Assembly: GCA_951406725.2 (NCBI GenBank)
Contig: OX597821.1
Span: 38,564,001-38,628,000, forward strand
Reading direction: 5' to 3'
Origin: Octopus vulgaris
Lineage: Eukaryota
Length of the DNA stretch: 64,000 nucleotides
Positions 11,925-24,022 of this stretch are shown here, one piece after another (position 1 is the first letter of the stretch; each line of letters starts with the position of its first letter). Below the pieces are notes generated by a model that was not told where the DNA came from, searched no databases, and was given only the letters and a program-made list of their open reading frames with translations. Both the position numbers and the translations under genes were made by a program.

Positions 11925-12994
11925 TGTTGTCGTTGCTGCTACCAGTCATATTACTTACCTCTTCCACAACTGTGAACAAAGACCCACCTCACCGCTGTTG
12001 GCTATTTCTCTGTCAGAACTGCCTGTACTAAGCATGGCTATTTTCATATGACTACAAGCAAGATCCATTAACAGTAAAAATAGTGCCAGAGAAGCTTTGA
12101 GTGTCTGAAAATAATATAAAGCCATTATCTTCTATAACACATTCTTCAGTCATCCGATTTATATGACATTATTCCTCCTCAAAAATAGATTTTAAATTGA
12201 TTAATTTAATGGCTTGAAATTTGCCCTTGACCTAAGAAAAAAAAATTAAAATAACAAACAGAAAGTGAAGTGTATCTCTGCATAAAAATACAGAACAAAC
12301 AAAACATATAGAATAAAAACAAATACACTAAAATAAAAACCAAGTATCTTTAATGTTTACTACTGTAACACGTTGGTCCAGAGAGATGACATGAATGATT
12401 TGCAGGAAAACATAAAATGGCTGAGTGGACAAATGATGTGAGTGTCCTGACCAGAATATTATCAGAGAGAGAGAGAAAGAGAAATACAGGGGCTGAGTGA
12501 GAGGGGAGGGGGCAGAGTGATTAGGAGAGAGAGAGAAGCAGTCCCTTGGTTCTGAATTAATCTAACAACTGAGTGAGTTGGAAAACCAAAATAATTTAGT
12601 AGGGAATCAATGGAATGGCTTAAAAACAAGAGATGATTGGAATGGTTAGTGTATTTAAATGAGATTCCTTCTTATATAAAATGGTGACAGTTTCATTGTG
12701 AAAGCCACACATATAATGTATTTGTTGATTTTTTTAATTACATTTCTGCAATAGTATATCATGCGAAAGTCTTTAGTCACACATTTACACTCTGGTCACT
12801 GAGATTTCAATGTTTGTAGTGGACTAAAAGATTAGTGGAACGATGTTGACACTAAACACTAAATACTAAACACTTTGAGAGAAGTGTAATAAAAGAAACA
12901 AGATTATAACAAGTTGCCGATGGAATGAGTTTTCTGTAATACAAGGGATTTAGGTTTAGCTCACACTATCAGATCGAATTTATCTTCAAGCAGA

Positions 12995-13410
12995 GGCATA
13001 GACGTGTGACTGTAGTGGTTGAAAATGCTTGCTTTCTAACCATGTGGTTTTGGGTTCAGTCCCATGCTAGTGTCATCTACTATAGCCCTAGGCCAACAAA
13101 TCCCATGTGCATGAATTTGGAAGCCCCGTTACCAGCATCGCCTTACTGGCACCTGTGCCGGTGGCATGTGTAAAAGATTCGAGTGAGGTCATTGCCAGTA
13201 CCGCCTGACTGGCCCTATGCCAGTGGCACATAAAAGCACCCACTACACTCTCGGAGTGGTTGGCATTAGGAAGGACATCCAGCTGTAGAAACTCTGCCAG
13301 ATCAAGATTGAAGCCTGATGCAGCCATCTGGTTCGCCAGCCCTCAGACAATCGTCCAACCCATGCTAGCATGGAAAGTGGACGTTAAACGATGATGATGA
13401 TGATGATGAT
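12995..13410 (+). mobile_element. SINE family B head fragment followed by a family C (GAT)n-tailed copy
   Basis: GGGTTCAGTCCC...CTACTATAGCC, then GCCAGTGGCACATAAAAGCACCCACTACACTCTCGGAGTGG...AAACG(ATG)n. Confidence 0.8.
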
Positions 13411-13427
13411 AATTGTTTACGTGTGTG

Positions 13428-13527
13428 NNNNNNNNNNNNNNNNNNNNNNNNNNNNNNNNNNNNNNNNNNNNNNNNNNNNNNNNNNNNNNNNNNNNNNNNN
13501 NNNNNNNNNNNNNNNNNNNNNNNNNNN
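13428..13527. other. Assembly gap (100 N)
   Basis: Run of exactly 100 N. Confidence 1.
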
Positions 13528-14315
13528 AATAATAATAATTGGTAAACTATAGAATAACTATAATTTTAAAATGTATAGCTAAATAATAGATATATCGAGT
13601 TAAAGTCCAAATATTTCAATAGTTGCACATTGAAGAAACTAAATTCTATTTTTACCATTTTCAGTTTTAAATTGACAGAACTTGTTTGTCGGAATATTTT
13701 TTTTTTTTTTGAAGATGAGCTTGTTACTCTTGATAACCACCAAATTTAAAAAAAGAATGGAATCTGGTTTTTCAGTGAGGCAGACTGGAAGAAGCAAAGT
13801 CATGTAATTTACTCAAAATCACAAAAACAATATTGGAACCTAACAAATGAGACTTAATAAATGTTATCATGCCTCAAATTATATTGATTAATTTATGCCT
13901 AATTAATAATTGTATATAGGTAGAAATGTATTAATAGATGCTTATAAGCATTGCATCTATTGACTGTTTAGAAAACTTATTTTATGACTATGGTATTTCT
14001 GATTCCATCCTCTATGTGGCACTTCTGACAAATGTCTTCCAATACCTAGAGAGGAAAGTCTGGTGGACAGAAACTTTTAAATAATGTGTGTGTATGTGTG
14101 TGTGTAAGTGTTTTCTGCATGTCTTCACTTTGGTGCTGCAAGAACAAAAACAGGGACCCTGTTTGTGTCTCAACTAAACAATGTATCTTGTAACTCACAG
14201 TTTTGTTGTATGTAGAAAGCAGTGAAATAAAAACACCTTACTTGAAAGACAAGTAAGGATTGGTGACAGGAAGGGCACCCAGCTGTATAATGCTACTGAG
14301 ACAGTTTTGCTTTAA

Positions 14316-14536
14316 CCCTTTCATTACCGTATTTATTTTGAGATGCTCTGTGTTTCTTTCATTTACTTTAAATATAACAAAGAATTTAGTAAAATAACTT
14401 AGTTATCATTAAGCTAGTGTTAGGAACATAAATTGTGACTAAGGGTTGCAGGAAAATTTTAATTCAAAACTTATGAAAACAAGACATTTGTACTACAGAG
14501 CCAGAGGCAGTTTCAGCCGGGTTGGTAATGAAAGGG
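14316..14536. mobile_element. piggyBac-type MITE
   Basis: TTAA TSD on both sides and TIR CCCTTTCATTACC...GGTAATGAAAGGG. Confidence 0.92.
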
Positions 14537-17149
14537 TTAACTCTTGTTTGCATGGACAAAATAGATTTAAAATATTGTTGGTGCTGCTTGTGTTGCTGCT
14601 GCTGCTGCTATGAAATCCTTATAAATGTGATCACAACAAAGGATAAGAAAAATTGGATTAAACAGAAAAGATGGTGAAGGCATTGCTCAGGAGGTTTGGC
14701 CTCACAAACAAGTTCAGATCAAGAAGAATAACAATATAATGTGTTGAAGATCTATCTTTGTCAGTATGGAATAAAAATATAAGGATGACAGCAATATGTG
14801 AGGCTATAAAGATGATTCAAACAACACCCAGAATGCTGTGACATGAAGAGAATATGTCTCTAGTGGAGCTGAACCATTTTAGTCTGTATATGTGTGTGTT
14901 TAATGTTGTTTTAGATTTCATGTGAGACACAGAATTAGATGATAGTCTCTGGTGTGGTTTGTATATGGTTGTTATTTCTTAGTTCCAATTCAGCTCTGGT
15001 TGGGCAGATATGTACACAACCGGAAATATTATTAGATTACTGATGAATTTAAAGGGTTTCATTTCGTAGCTATAATGTCTCATAGAATATCCCTGTAGAT
15101 TTGTTATCCAACTCTGCATCCTACAATGGATGTAAGCAATACATCTATTCAATATATTTGATACAGTTGCACCGGTGAGGACAATAGAATTGAAACATGC
15201 ATGTGCAGATGTTTTATGCTGCACATATATATTGGACAGATGTAGAAATTTTATACTCATCACAAAAAACAAACAAACTGGTTAATAAATAAGTAGATAT
15301 GTTCTTTAGTACATTGTATAAATAACCAAGAATGCATAAAGAATAGGTACCTTCCATCTTTCTGCTAGAAGGCACCTATAGTTTATGTATTCCTCTCCCA
15401 AAATATTGGTTGCCAGGCAGAGAACAAGAACAATATGCTTTAAAGAGAATTTCTCAACCAGCCGACTACATTTGTGCCTTTACCAACTTTAAAAATCATA
15501 AAGATTCTCCAGTAAACACTTGATACAAGCCAAGATCTAAATTAATGAGATCATTCATTACTAATTTGATTATAAGTGTTTTGACTATTTACCTCTTTCA
15601 ACTTCACACACAAAACATCTTTTTAATATTTCATCTAAATTTTATGCTTTGAACAGTTTGATCTATAACCATCATCTAACATTTTACTCTTGCATATATA
15701 TATATATCAATGATTAAATATCATTTACTACCATGTTTCTGTTGATGAGACTTGCCTCTCTGTCTATCTACCTGCCCTCTTTGTAATGTTGATAAATGGA
15801 ATAAGTATAAAAATGAATCCATATGCAGCTGAAGATTGTTCCACATTTTAAAACTGATGTAATACTTGCATTGTTTAATTAAATGAAGTCACATGAAACG
15901 ATTGTACTGCACTGCCTTTGGATATCCTTGTTGCTTATTTTGATTATAATCAACCAATTTTGATAATACCATACCAAATTCTGGTGCCTTTAACTTAAGT
16001 ACCATATTCAACTGAATCTAAATTTCTACTGAACTTTAATTTGATTTTCACGGGAAGGAAATTTTCATTGAAGTCATGTATCGCCTTGACCTTCGAAACA
16101 TGGAGTAGATGAAATTAAGGCAACTGAAGAAGGGGAATTTTCCTTGTTTTGTGTGTCCTGTACTCTATTTTTTCGTTGTTTTAAAAAAATGTCCATTTCC
16201 TTGGTTTTGTGTTTATGTTTTCGTTTCTCATTGTGTTCGACGTTTTTTTGGTGTCCTGTACCCATATATGCATGTATATATACATGTAGAGGTAGGTACG
16301 TACATATATATATGTATATATGCATATGTTTTATTTCTTTAATAATTTATATATATATATATATATATTAACCTAAAATGCAGACATTTACGAAGGCCTC
16401 AAGATTGATATAAGGAAGCTATATTTGTAAATAATTGGTGATAATGTCATTGACACATTCTTAGTTCAGATCTCCTGATAGCAATCAGAGATCAAACCAT
16501 CCAAGACTTAGATGTTGATATTAAAATGTTTCATTGTTTAAGATGAGGCTTGATAATTTGATAGATTTGTTATGTTGTCAAGAGGATCATTCCACAACTT
16601 GGAATTTCATCATGTAAATACACTGATATTTCCTGGGATTTGAATGAGAATCTTGTACAATTGTGGTGTGTGTGTGTGTGTACGTGTGTGTGTGTATGTA
16701 TGTGTGCACGTGTGTATACATATATGTATATGGAATGTTCTTGAGAGCTTTGTTCAAAACTTGGGTACATATAACCAACAAAAATGGATGATGCTCAAAG
16801 AACTTCTCCTTCATCCAGAATCAAAACATTTGGGGATCCCTATTTCAGACCCCCAAAATGGTCTTGTAGCATATTATGAGGTCACAGGAATTCATTCAAG
16901 GAAAAAAGAATGGGTGGGGGTGGGGGCTGCCCCCCTCTTCTGAACCAAAATAAGGAAGTTGCAGCATATTAGGTCAGGGTACTTGATTCCACGCAAAAAG
17001 TCCAAGTTCTTTTTTTTTTTTTCTTAATGAAAATCGTGTGGGTGTTAATATAACAATTTACCAAATTTTACCGAGATTATGTATCAAATTATGCTTTACA
17101 CTTCCATATATTTAACTGTGCTTCTAGTGACTTCCGCCTTTCTATTAGA

Positions 17150-18035
17150 AACGTTTACCTGGGAATTTATTTAAAGCGAGAAAAACAACGTATGCAGATA
17201 AGTCGTCTTAATAACATATTTCTGTGTACCAGACCTTTAGCTGTTATTTTTAGCATAAAGAGTTTTCTGGTGAGGGTTTCTTATTTTTTACTGCACACAA
17301 GGAGCTAAACATAGAGGAGACAAACAAGGACAGACAAAGGGATTAAGTCGATTACATCGACCCCAGTGCGTAACTGGTACTTAATTTATTGACCCCGAAA
17401 GGCAAAGTCGACCTCGGCGGAATTTGAACTCAGAACGTAGCGGCAGACGAAATACCTATTTCTTTACTACCCACAAGGGACTAAACACAGAGAGGACGAA
17501 CAAGGACAGACAAACGGATTAAGTCGATTATATCGACTCCAGTGCGTCACTGGTACTTATTTAATCGACTCCGAAAGGATGAAAGGCAAAGTCGGAATTT
17601 GAACTCAGAACGTAGCGGCAGACGAAATACTGCTAAGCATTTCGCCCGGCGTGTTGAGGTTTCTGCCAGCTTCGTCGCCTTCTTTTCTGGTGAGGGTTTC
17701 GTCTGCTTTCATTGCCTGCTTGTTGCTACATTAGAAATCTACGGATGCACAAACGGAGAAAATGAAACAAAAATGGACGACTTGTACAGAAACATCCGCG
17801 AATGGGGAACAGTTCTCAAAAATAGCCCCAATTCTTTCCCCCAAAATTCCTATGTCCTCGGAATCTACATAGTCTGAGGTATATTTGTAGAGTATTTCAT
17901 TAAAAAATATCCATTTTCTTGAAAATTAAGTGGAATTGAAGTGGAACCGGTGAATTTTCTGAAATTACCCACCCTAACTCCTACAACACTTACTTTGAAT
18001 AAATTTTGTATATTCGGAATCTACATGATGTGGCA
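17150..18035 (+). mobile_element. Third, older copy of the Merlin-complex arm sequence, interrupted by a SINE
   Basis: AGAAATCTACGGATGCACAAACG...GAAAATGAAACAAA...CGGAATCTACATAGTC is a direct homolog of 24960-25340 and inverted relative to 18150-18500. Confidence 0.8.
17281..17682 (-). mobile_element. tRNA-derived SINE, family D (MetaSINE-like core), with duplicated 3' half
   Basis: 18-bp TSD TTTTCTGGTGAGGGTTTC (17263-17280 and 17683-17700). Body segment repeated at about 17281-17455 and 17457-17630. Confidence 0.9.
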
Positions 18036-18049
18036 TAACTACAGATTCC

Positions 18050-19463
18050 TGCCTCCGCCAACTTTGGATGATCACAACTTTCAGAAATATGAATATTTTT
18101 TAAAGAATTTTTTTTTACGAATATGTGCTATATCATGTGGGAAAGTTTTTTAGGAGGGTGGGGTGAGGAATTTCGGAAAATTCACCGGCGTCCACTTCAA
18201 TTCGTGTTTACTTTCAAGAAAATCGATACTTTTTAATGAAATTCTCTACAAATATACTTCGGACAATGTAAATTCCGAGAACATACGGTTGGGGTGTGGG
18301 GGACAATTGGGGGTTATTGTGAACACCGTTCCCCAGTCGGGAGGGTTTCGGAACAAGTCGTCCGTATTTGTTTCATTTCTTCTGTTTTGTGCGTTTGTGC
18401 ATCCGTAGATTTCTACTGAAGCCGCAGGCAATGAAGCTGTCAGCAGGAAACTCGTTATGCTAGAAACACCAGCTAAAGCTCTTAACGTTTCTAACAGAAA
18501 GACATTGAATGGAATAATTCCCCGTTTGAACCTTTTTAATTACATATATATGTGTGTTTGTGAGAACACTTTTTGCTTTTTTTTCTCTCTTCGTTTTGAC
18601 AGGGATTTTTCTAATTTTATTTTTCATTCAGGCCTTCCAGCTGATGTGGTGGTCATGGGGGACATTTTATGAAAAATGTTTTGTTTTCACCTCAGCCCCA
18701 CGCACTTGAAAACTATGAGAGAAGTCTTTTTGGTACTCCTTTATATCACTCACCTAATCTTGTGAAAATTTCATTTTTTTTTTTTAAACTTAAAAGCTTT
18801 TCCCATCGTTTTTAAGTGCTTACTACAGGGGGGAGGGAATAATAAAAAGGCCGAAATAGGTAAAGAGGAGAGAAGAGAGAGGTGAAGAAAAGTTAGACTC
18901 TGATGAAAAAGAAATTCGAAAAACACTGTGAAAACGGAATTTTCTAAACCGAAACTCTGCAAAACTGAAATAATTCGTTACTCATTTTGCCCCACTTGAG
19001 ACATAAATTATCTAGAAATGGAAAATTATCAAATTAGACATTTTAGTGTAGGGGAAAGAATTGACATGGAATGCAACAGAGAAGAGGATATTAATTGTTA
19101 AACAGCAAAAATTATCCAGATATTTGATTTGCAACTTCAATTAGGATCGAGTCCAAAGTTGAGGGAAAATGTCTTGAAGGAGAAGTACACTCTTTTATAA
19201 TAATTTCAAATGTTTGACGAATTGGAATTGTACAAAATGACGAAGAATATAGACAGAGGAAAGAAAGAGAAAAGTTTCGATTTAATGATGAAAAATATTT
19301 CAAGATTTGTGCATTTATAACCAAAGCTAAATTCAAAACTGAAGAACATTTCTTACTTACGTGTTGGTTCCTCAGTTTTCGCTGCCTCAGAGAAATAAGG
19401 AAGTTTCCAAGAATTCCGAATATTTATGTGTTTTCGCCTTTAATTCCAGGGTTCTTTGGTCAA
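18050..19463 (-). mobile_element. Left 1.4-kb inverted arm, non-coding 3' region of a Merlin-like element
   Basis: Reverse complement of 24023-25422 throughout. The ORF-track peptides MNLALVINAQILKYFSSL appear on opposite strands at 19336 and 24148. Confidence 0.92.
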
Positions 19464-19629
19464 TGATGCCTCCTTGTAAAAAGAAATTTGAGCTTCTTTC
19501 TGTTAAGCTATTTCTAGAAAATGAAAACTAAAAAGTCTTGCAAATAAATATGTTGTGTATGATTTTTTAAAAATGTGTTCTGCAATTTGAACAAAAGAGA
19601 TGTTCGAATTTTCATTTTGGTTTTTTTTT

Positions 19630-19960
19630 TTTTCCTCTTCCGCCACAGAAACTCAAATATTTGGGGAACAACTTGGAAGAAAGAGGTACCATAAATTTGT
19701 CGATATTTGCGCTTAGCATGCTCCTTGCCCATGATTTGTGTGGACACCCGTGGCTTCATCAACAAATGATATTAGAATGGTTAACCGTTAAATGTTGGAA
19801 ACCTTGATTTTGCAAATGACGGTCCACAGGCTATTCGTCGGTGGAAATTATGCTGGGCTGGGTGGATATGTTGCTGGATAATGGATTCTAAAGTAGCCAT
19901 GGATCGGCTATTATTTCCAAGAATACTGAAAGGAAACAGTTCGTGAGATTTTTTAAAAAC
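19630..19960 (-). pseudogene. Merlin/IS1016 (ISXO2-type DDE) transposase, C-terminal half, frameshifted
   Basis: Joining frames gives SRSMATLESIIQQHIHP.SIISTDE*...LQNQGFQHLTVNHS...VDEATGVHTN...EFLWRKR. This matches the family motifs TL..II...I.PGS.I.SD, H.TVNHS, FVDP.TG.HTQ and EF.WR. Confidence 0.85.
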
Positions 19961-20036
19961 ATTCAAAGGTGTGCTTCAGCACAGACAAATATCCTGTTTG
20001 CCATTTTGCTGAAGGCCTGTGAGGTTTGGCCAGTGA

Positions 20037-20068
20037 ACTAAGAACCCCCACCACAGGGGGTTCTTAGT
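20037..20068. repeat. Perfect 13-bp-stem hairpin
   Basis: ACTAAGAACCCCC-ACCACA-GGGGGTTCTTAGT. Confidence 0.95.
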
Positions 20069-20397
20069 GGTGTGCTACCACTCTGTCTATGGACAATCCT
20101 GTTTATATTTGTCCGGTGTTCTTCAGTACGGATAATGGCACGTAGAAATTTCCAAAAACATTTACCATTTTCAGTCAATATTTTTGTGAAGGATTGATTC
20201 CAGTACAAATTCTGTTTGTGACGTATATATTAGGTCATTGTTTATAATTTTATTCAGTTTTAAAGTTCATTCTGCAGCAATTTGGAATTGAAACCGTCAG
20301 CTTCTGTTGTCCAGCTTTTATTCTCTTCTCATTTTTGATTGAAACCATCATCTTCTTTTCTTCAGCTTCTCATTTTTGAATTTTGACACGGATATCA

Positions 20398-20926
20398 TGC
20401 AATGTCCTCCAATTCACTTATCAGACGTGTTTCCAATATGCACCGACAATGACGGGCGAATTGACTGGTTAAAAAGACATGGACTTTTAGCTCAAGCTCA
20501 TGTCTGTGAGTGTAGCCGCAATTGTTCCTTTGTGAAATCATCGTGGCTCCGAGATGGATATACTTGAAAGTGCACTACTGCTCTCGGCCATGTCGAAAAC
20601 TCCATTAGAAAAGGATCGTTCTTCTCTAAAAGCCATCTTGTCCTTAGGTTATAATACTGCAATTTCGGCATCGGTGGTCCATTGACGAACCACTAAAAAC
20701 AATGATGCATGAACTTAATATTGCAAGTTGGTCCACTGTGGTGAATTGGGCTAATTTCTACCGAGACATTTTAGCAGAAAACATTATTAACAATCCGGTT
20801 ATGATTGGCGACATTGATGTCGTGGTCGCCATTGAAGAATCGAAATTTAGGCGCCGGAAAAAACCGACGGGATGAGCACAACGACGGCATTTTGGGTGTT
20901 GGACGGGATTGAACAATTTCACGAAC
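20398..20926 (+). pseudogene. Merlin/IS1016 transposase, N-terminal half, with stops and frameshifts
   Basis: WLKRHGLL...CEC...DGYT*KC...SIRKGSFFSKSHL...TVVNWANFYRDI...MIGDIDVVVAIEESKFRRRK...WVLDGIE, matching SIR.GS.F..S.L, T..DW..F.R, VEIDES.F..RK and WV.GGIE. Confidence 0.87.
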
Positions 20927-21826
20927 GGTCAATGTAAAGAAATTTACCAGGGAACAAAAAAATAATAATAAACCAGCCTGGCGGGTATTAACAAGTGTGT
21001 GGAGAACGAATATGGGAAAAAAACGCACGCAGACGACACTGGGGTGGGGAGAGGGGACTTTCGGAAAATTCACAAGATCCGATTTTTCCGTCATAACTTT
21101 CGATAAAATGGATATATATTGATTTATTTTTACGGATTCCAACGTTTTTGGTTATGGAGGATCCGATTCCGAAAATAATTTTCAAAAAATCGCATTTTTT
21201 AAATTTCAGTTACCCCCTCCCAGAATCTTTTTTCCTTTTTTGCGAAATACGTAGAAAAATAAGAATACGATTCTGGAAAAAAAATAATTTTGCTTTGATT
21301 TGATAACTCAATCCGAAATATGGCCCTTTTAATTTTCATATTCGTGTTCCACTCTTTTTTTACGCCAATTAGACATTTTTTACCCGTTTTAGTGACCGGG
21401 CGCTGCTGTGATCCTTTTACAAGAACGCATACAGGAACAGACAAAACAAACGTTCATTTTTCACACTTAGCGGGATGGCTGGGAGACTTTGGGTCGGAGT
21501 TTTTTATTAAAAATTTGAAACTAAAATTTGAATTTGTGTTTATATTTTCCATATTCTTAATCTCCGTATTTTCCCACTTAGGAAAACAAATTCGAAAAAA
21601 ATTTTTTAAGAAGTTAAAAAAAAAAAGAAAAAGAAGCCATTTTAATTTCACATGAATTACTTTGTCATATTACTGCGGAAAATTACTCTTAAAGAAATCT
21701 TTGCAGAAAGGTGAGTAGATTGATTACATTATATTACCGCAGTTAAGTGAGATTTGGCTGTTATTTCTAGCATGTGGATAGCCTGCTTGAAGGCTATACA
21801 CACACACACACACACATATATATATA

Positions 21827-23332
21827 TCTATATATATAAAAGTGAAGTTGTGTGAGTGTCTGTCCCCTTCGATTTAGATTCCTAACTCCTCCCACATTTT
21901 GCGGTGCAGTTTAACCAAATTCGGGTATCTTATAGTCCGTGATTCATATCGAGCCTGTCTGGGTATTAGCGCGCGTCTACGATGAGTCTACGATTTTAAA
22001 AATAATTTAACATCATTTTTTTCCATTTCTTCCAACTTTTTCGTGTGTCGATGGCGGCGGAGTTGGCGTCCATGCTCACACCTGCACCTGTGTTGCTTCT
22101 CCCCATTCTTCCCTCCCTCGTAAAGTGTGACTGCGCATGCGCAGTCACACTTTCGAGCATGCGCAGTTACACGTTCGCGCTTGCGCAAGCAAACGTTCGC
22201 GCATGCGCAGTCACACTTTCGCGCATGCGCAGTCACACGTTCGCGCATGCGCAGTCACACGTTTGCGCATGCGCAGTCACACTTTCGCGCATGCGCAGTC
22301 ACACGTTCACGCTTGCGCAAGCAAACGTTCGCGCATGCGCATTCACACTTTCGCGCATGCGCAGTCACACGTTCACCTGTGCGCATATATGTGCGCATGT
22401 AGCATAAGACCATATATATATATCTATATATATAAAAGTGAAGTTGTGTGAGTGTCTGTCTCCTACGATTTAGATACCTAACTACTCCCACATTTTGCGG
22501 TGCAGTTTAACCAAATTCGGGTATCTTTTAGTCGTGATTCATATCGAGCCCGTCTGGGTATTAGCGCGCGTCTACGATGAGTCTACGATTTTAAAAATAA
22601 TTTACCATAATTTTTTCCATTTTAACGCATATTTTTTCGTGTGTCGATGGCAGCGGAGTTGGCGTCCATGCTCACACCTGCACCTGTGTTGCTTCTCCCC
22701 CTTCTTCCCTCCCTTGTGAAGCTGTGGGGAAGGGAGTGTAAGGAAATCAACGTCGTAAAGCGTTGTCAAGGAGACCAGCGTTCTTTTAGAACAACGACTT
22801 CATGGCTTGAAGTCGCCAAAACAGAAATCGCTAAAAAAGCTGAAACAGATCCACAAAAATGGCAAAAACCGCCACACAGGGCAGGTTTCCTGTGCAAACA
22901 ATTTGCACAACCGAATGTTTTAGTTGTTGCACAAATCTTTATATATAAAAGTGAAGTTGTGTGTCTGTCTCCTACGATTTAGATTCCTAACTACTCCTAC
23001 ATTTTGCGGTGCAGTTTAACCAAAACCGGGTATCTTATAGTCGTGATTCATATCGAGCCCTTCTGGGTATTAGCGCGCGTCTACGATGAGTCTACGATTT
23101 TAAAAATAATTTACCATCATTTTTTTCCATTTTAATGCATTTTTTTTGCTATTATATAAGGGAAGTAACTCTCTAAAAATGTCTACGTTGAGTCAACGAT
23201 TTAAAAAAAATTTACTATAATTTCTTTTCCATTTTTAATGCATTTTTTTGCTATTTTTTGGCTATAACTCTCTAAAAATGCTCTATAGTTATTTCCCTTA
23301 CAAACCCGAGCAATGCCGGGCGATACTGTTAG
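21827..23332 (+). mobile_element. Three head-to-tail non-autonomous Helitron units
   Basis: 5' TC(T)..TATATAAAAGTGAAGTTGTGTG starts at 21827, 22423 and 22936 with about 190-290 bp shared. The last unit ends with hairpin CCCG..CGGG then TTAG|T, matching the CTAG end at 27239-27242. Confidence 0.85.
22122..22375. repeat. 22-bp CpG-rich minisatellite (GCGCATGCGCAGTCACACTTTC), about 11 units
   Basis: Units start at 22133 and recur every 22 nt; 8 have a perfect GCGCATGCGC. Begins with a perfect 32-bp palindrome at 22122-22153. Confidence 0.95.
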
Positions 23333-23428
23333 TTGTTTTATAAGTTATTTATAAATTTAACTTTTAAAGGTATTTTTTAATATGCTGGCCATTGATAAAA
23401 ATTTTTTTCGAAAAATGTTATCCTATAT

Positions 23429-23491
<63 letters not shown>

Positions 23492-23867
23492 TAGATAAAG
23501 ATATATAGATATAGATATGAAAAATTGAAATTTTATAAACGAATTTTTTTTCTACGTATTTCCGGGAGGAGGAAGGGGGTGGGTAATTGAAGTTTTGAAA
23601 AAGAGATTTTTTGAAAATTTCTTTTCAGAATTATATCTGCCATAACCACAAACGTTAGAATCCGTAAAAGAAAATCAATATATATCCATTTTACCGGAAG
23701 TTATGACAGAAAAATCAGATCTTGTGAATTTTCTGAAAGTTCCATCCCCACCCCCCAGGGTCGTCAGCGGACATTTTTTTTCTTCATATTCGTTTTCCAC
23801 AAACTTCTTAACATCCACCAGGCTGGGTTTTTTTTATTGTTCCCGGGTGAAGGTCTTTATATTGACC

Positions 23868-23930
23868 CCAGGAACAGTTTCCTTTCAGAGTGCCCGGATA
23901 ATAGCCAGTTCATGGATACCTTGAAATTCC
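23868..23930 (+). pseudogene. Continuation of the plus-strand Merlin transposase after the insertion
   Basis: GGAACAGTTTCCTTTCAGAGTGCCCGGATAATAGCCAGTTCATGGATACCTTG is homologous to the minus-strand copy at 19890-19945 (CGAACTGTTTCCTTTCAGTATTCTTGGAAATAATAGCCGATCCATGGCTACTTTAG). Confidence 0.75.
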
Positions 23931-24022
23931 CCCACTCCAACCCCTCCTAAAATACTCCCCCACTCCAACCCCTCCTAAAATACTCTCCCACCCCCAAAAA
24001 ACTTTTGTATATTCGGAATTCT

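Larger units (their letters stand above)
20927..23867. mobile_element. Non-autonomous long-TIR DNA element (Merlin-like) inserted in the transposase
   Basis: Termini GGTCAAT...ATTGACC; about 350-bp imperfect TIRs (20927-21290 and 23520-23867); 8-bp TSD TCACGAAC (20919-20926) / CCAGGAAC (23868-23875), 6/8 identical. Confidence 0.78.

Noticed and set aside
21988-22491. Overlapping repetitive ORFs, and a superficial CRISPR-like periodicity
   Set aside because: A contiguous 22-bp minisatellite with no unique spacers, in a eukaryotic context with no cas genes.
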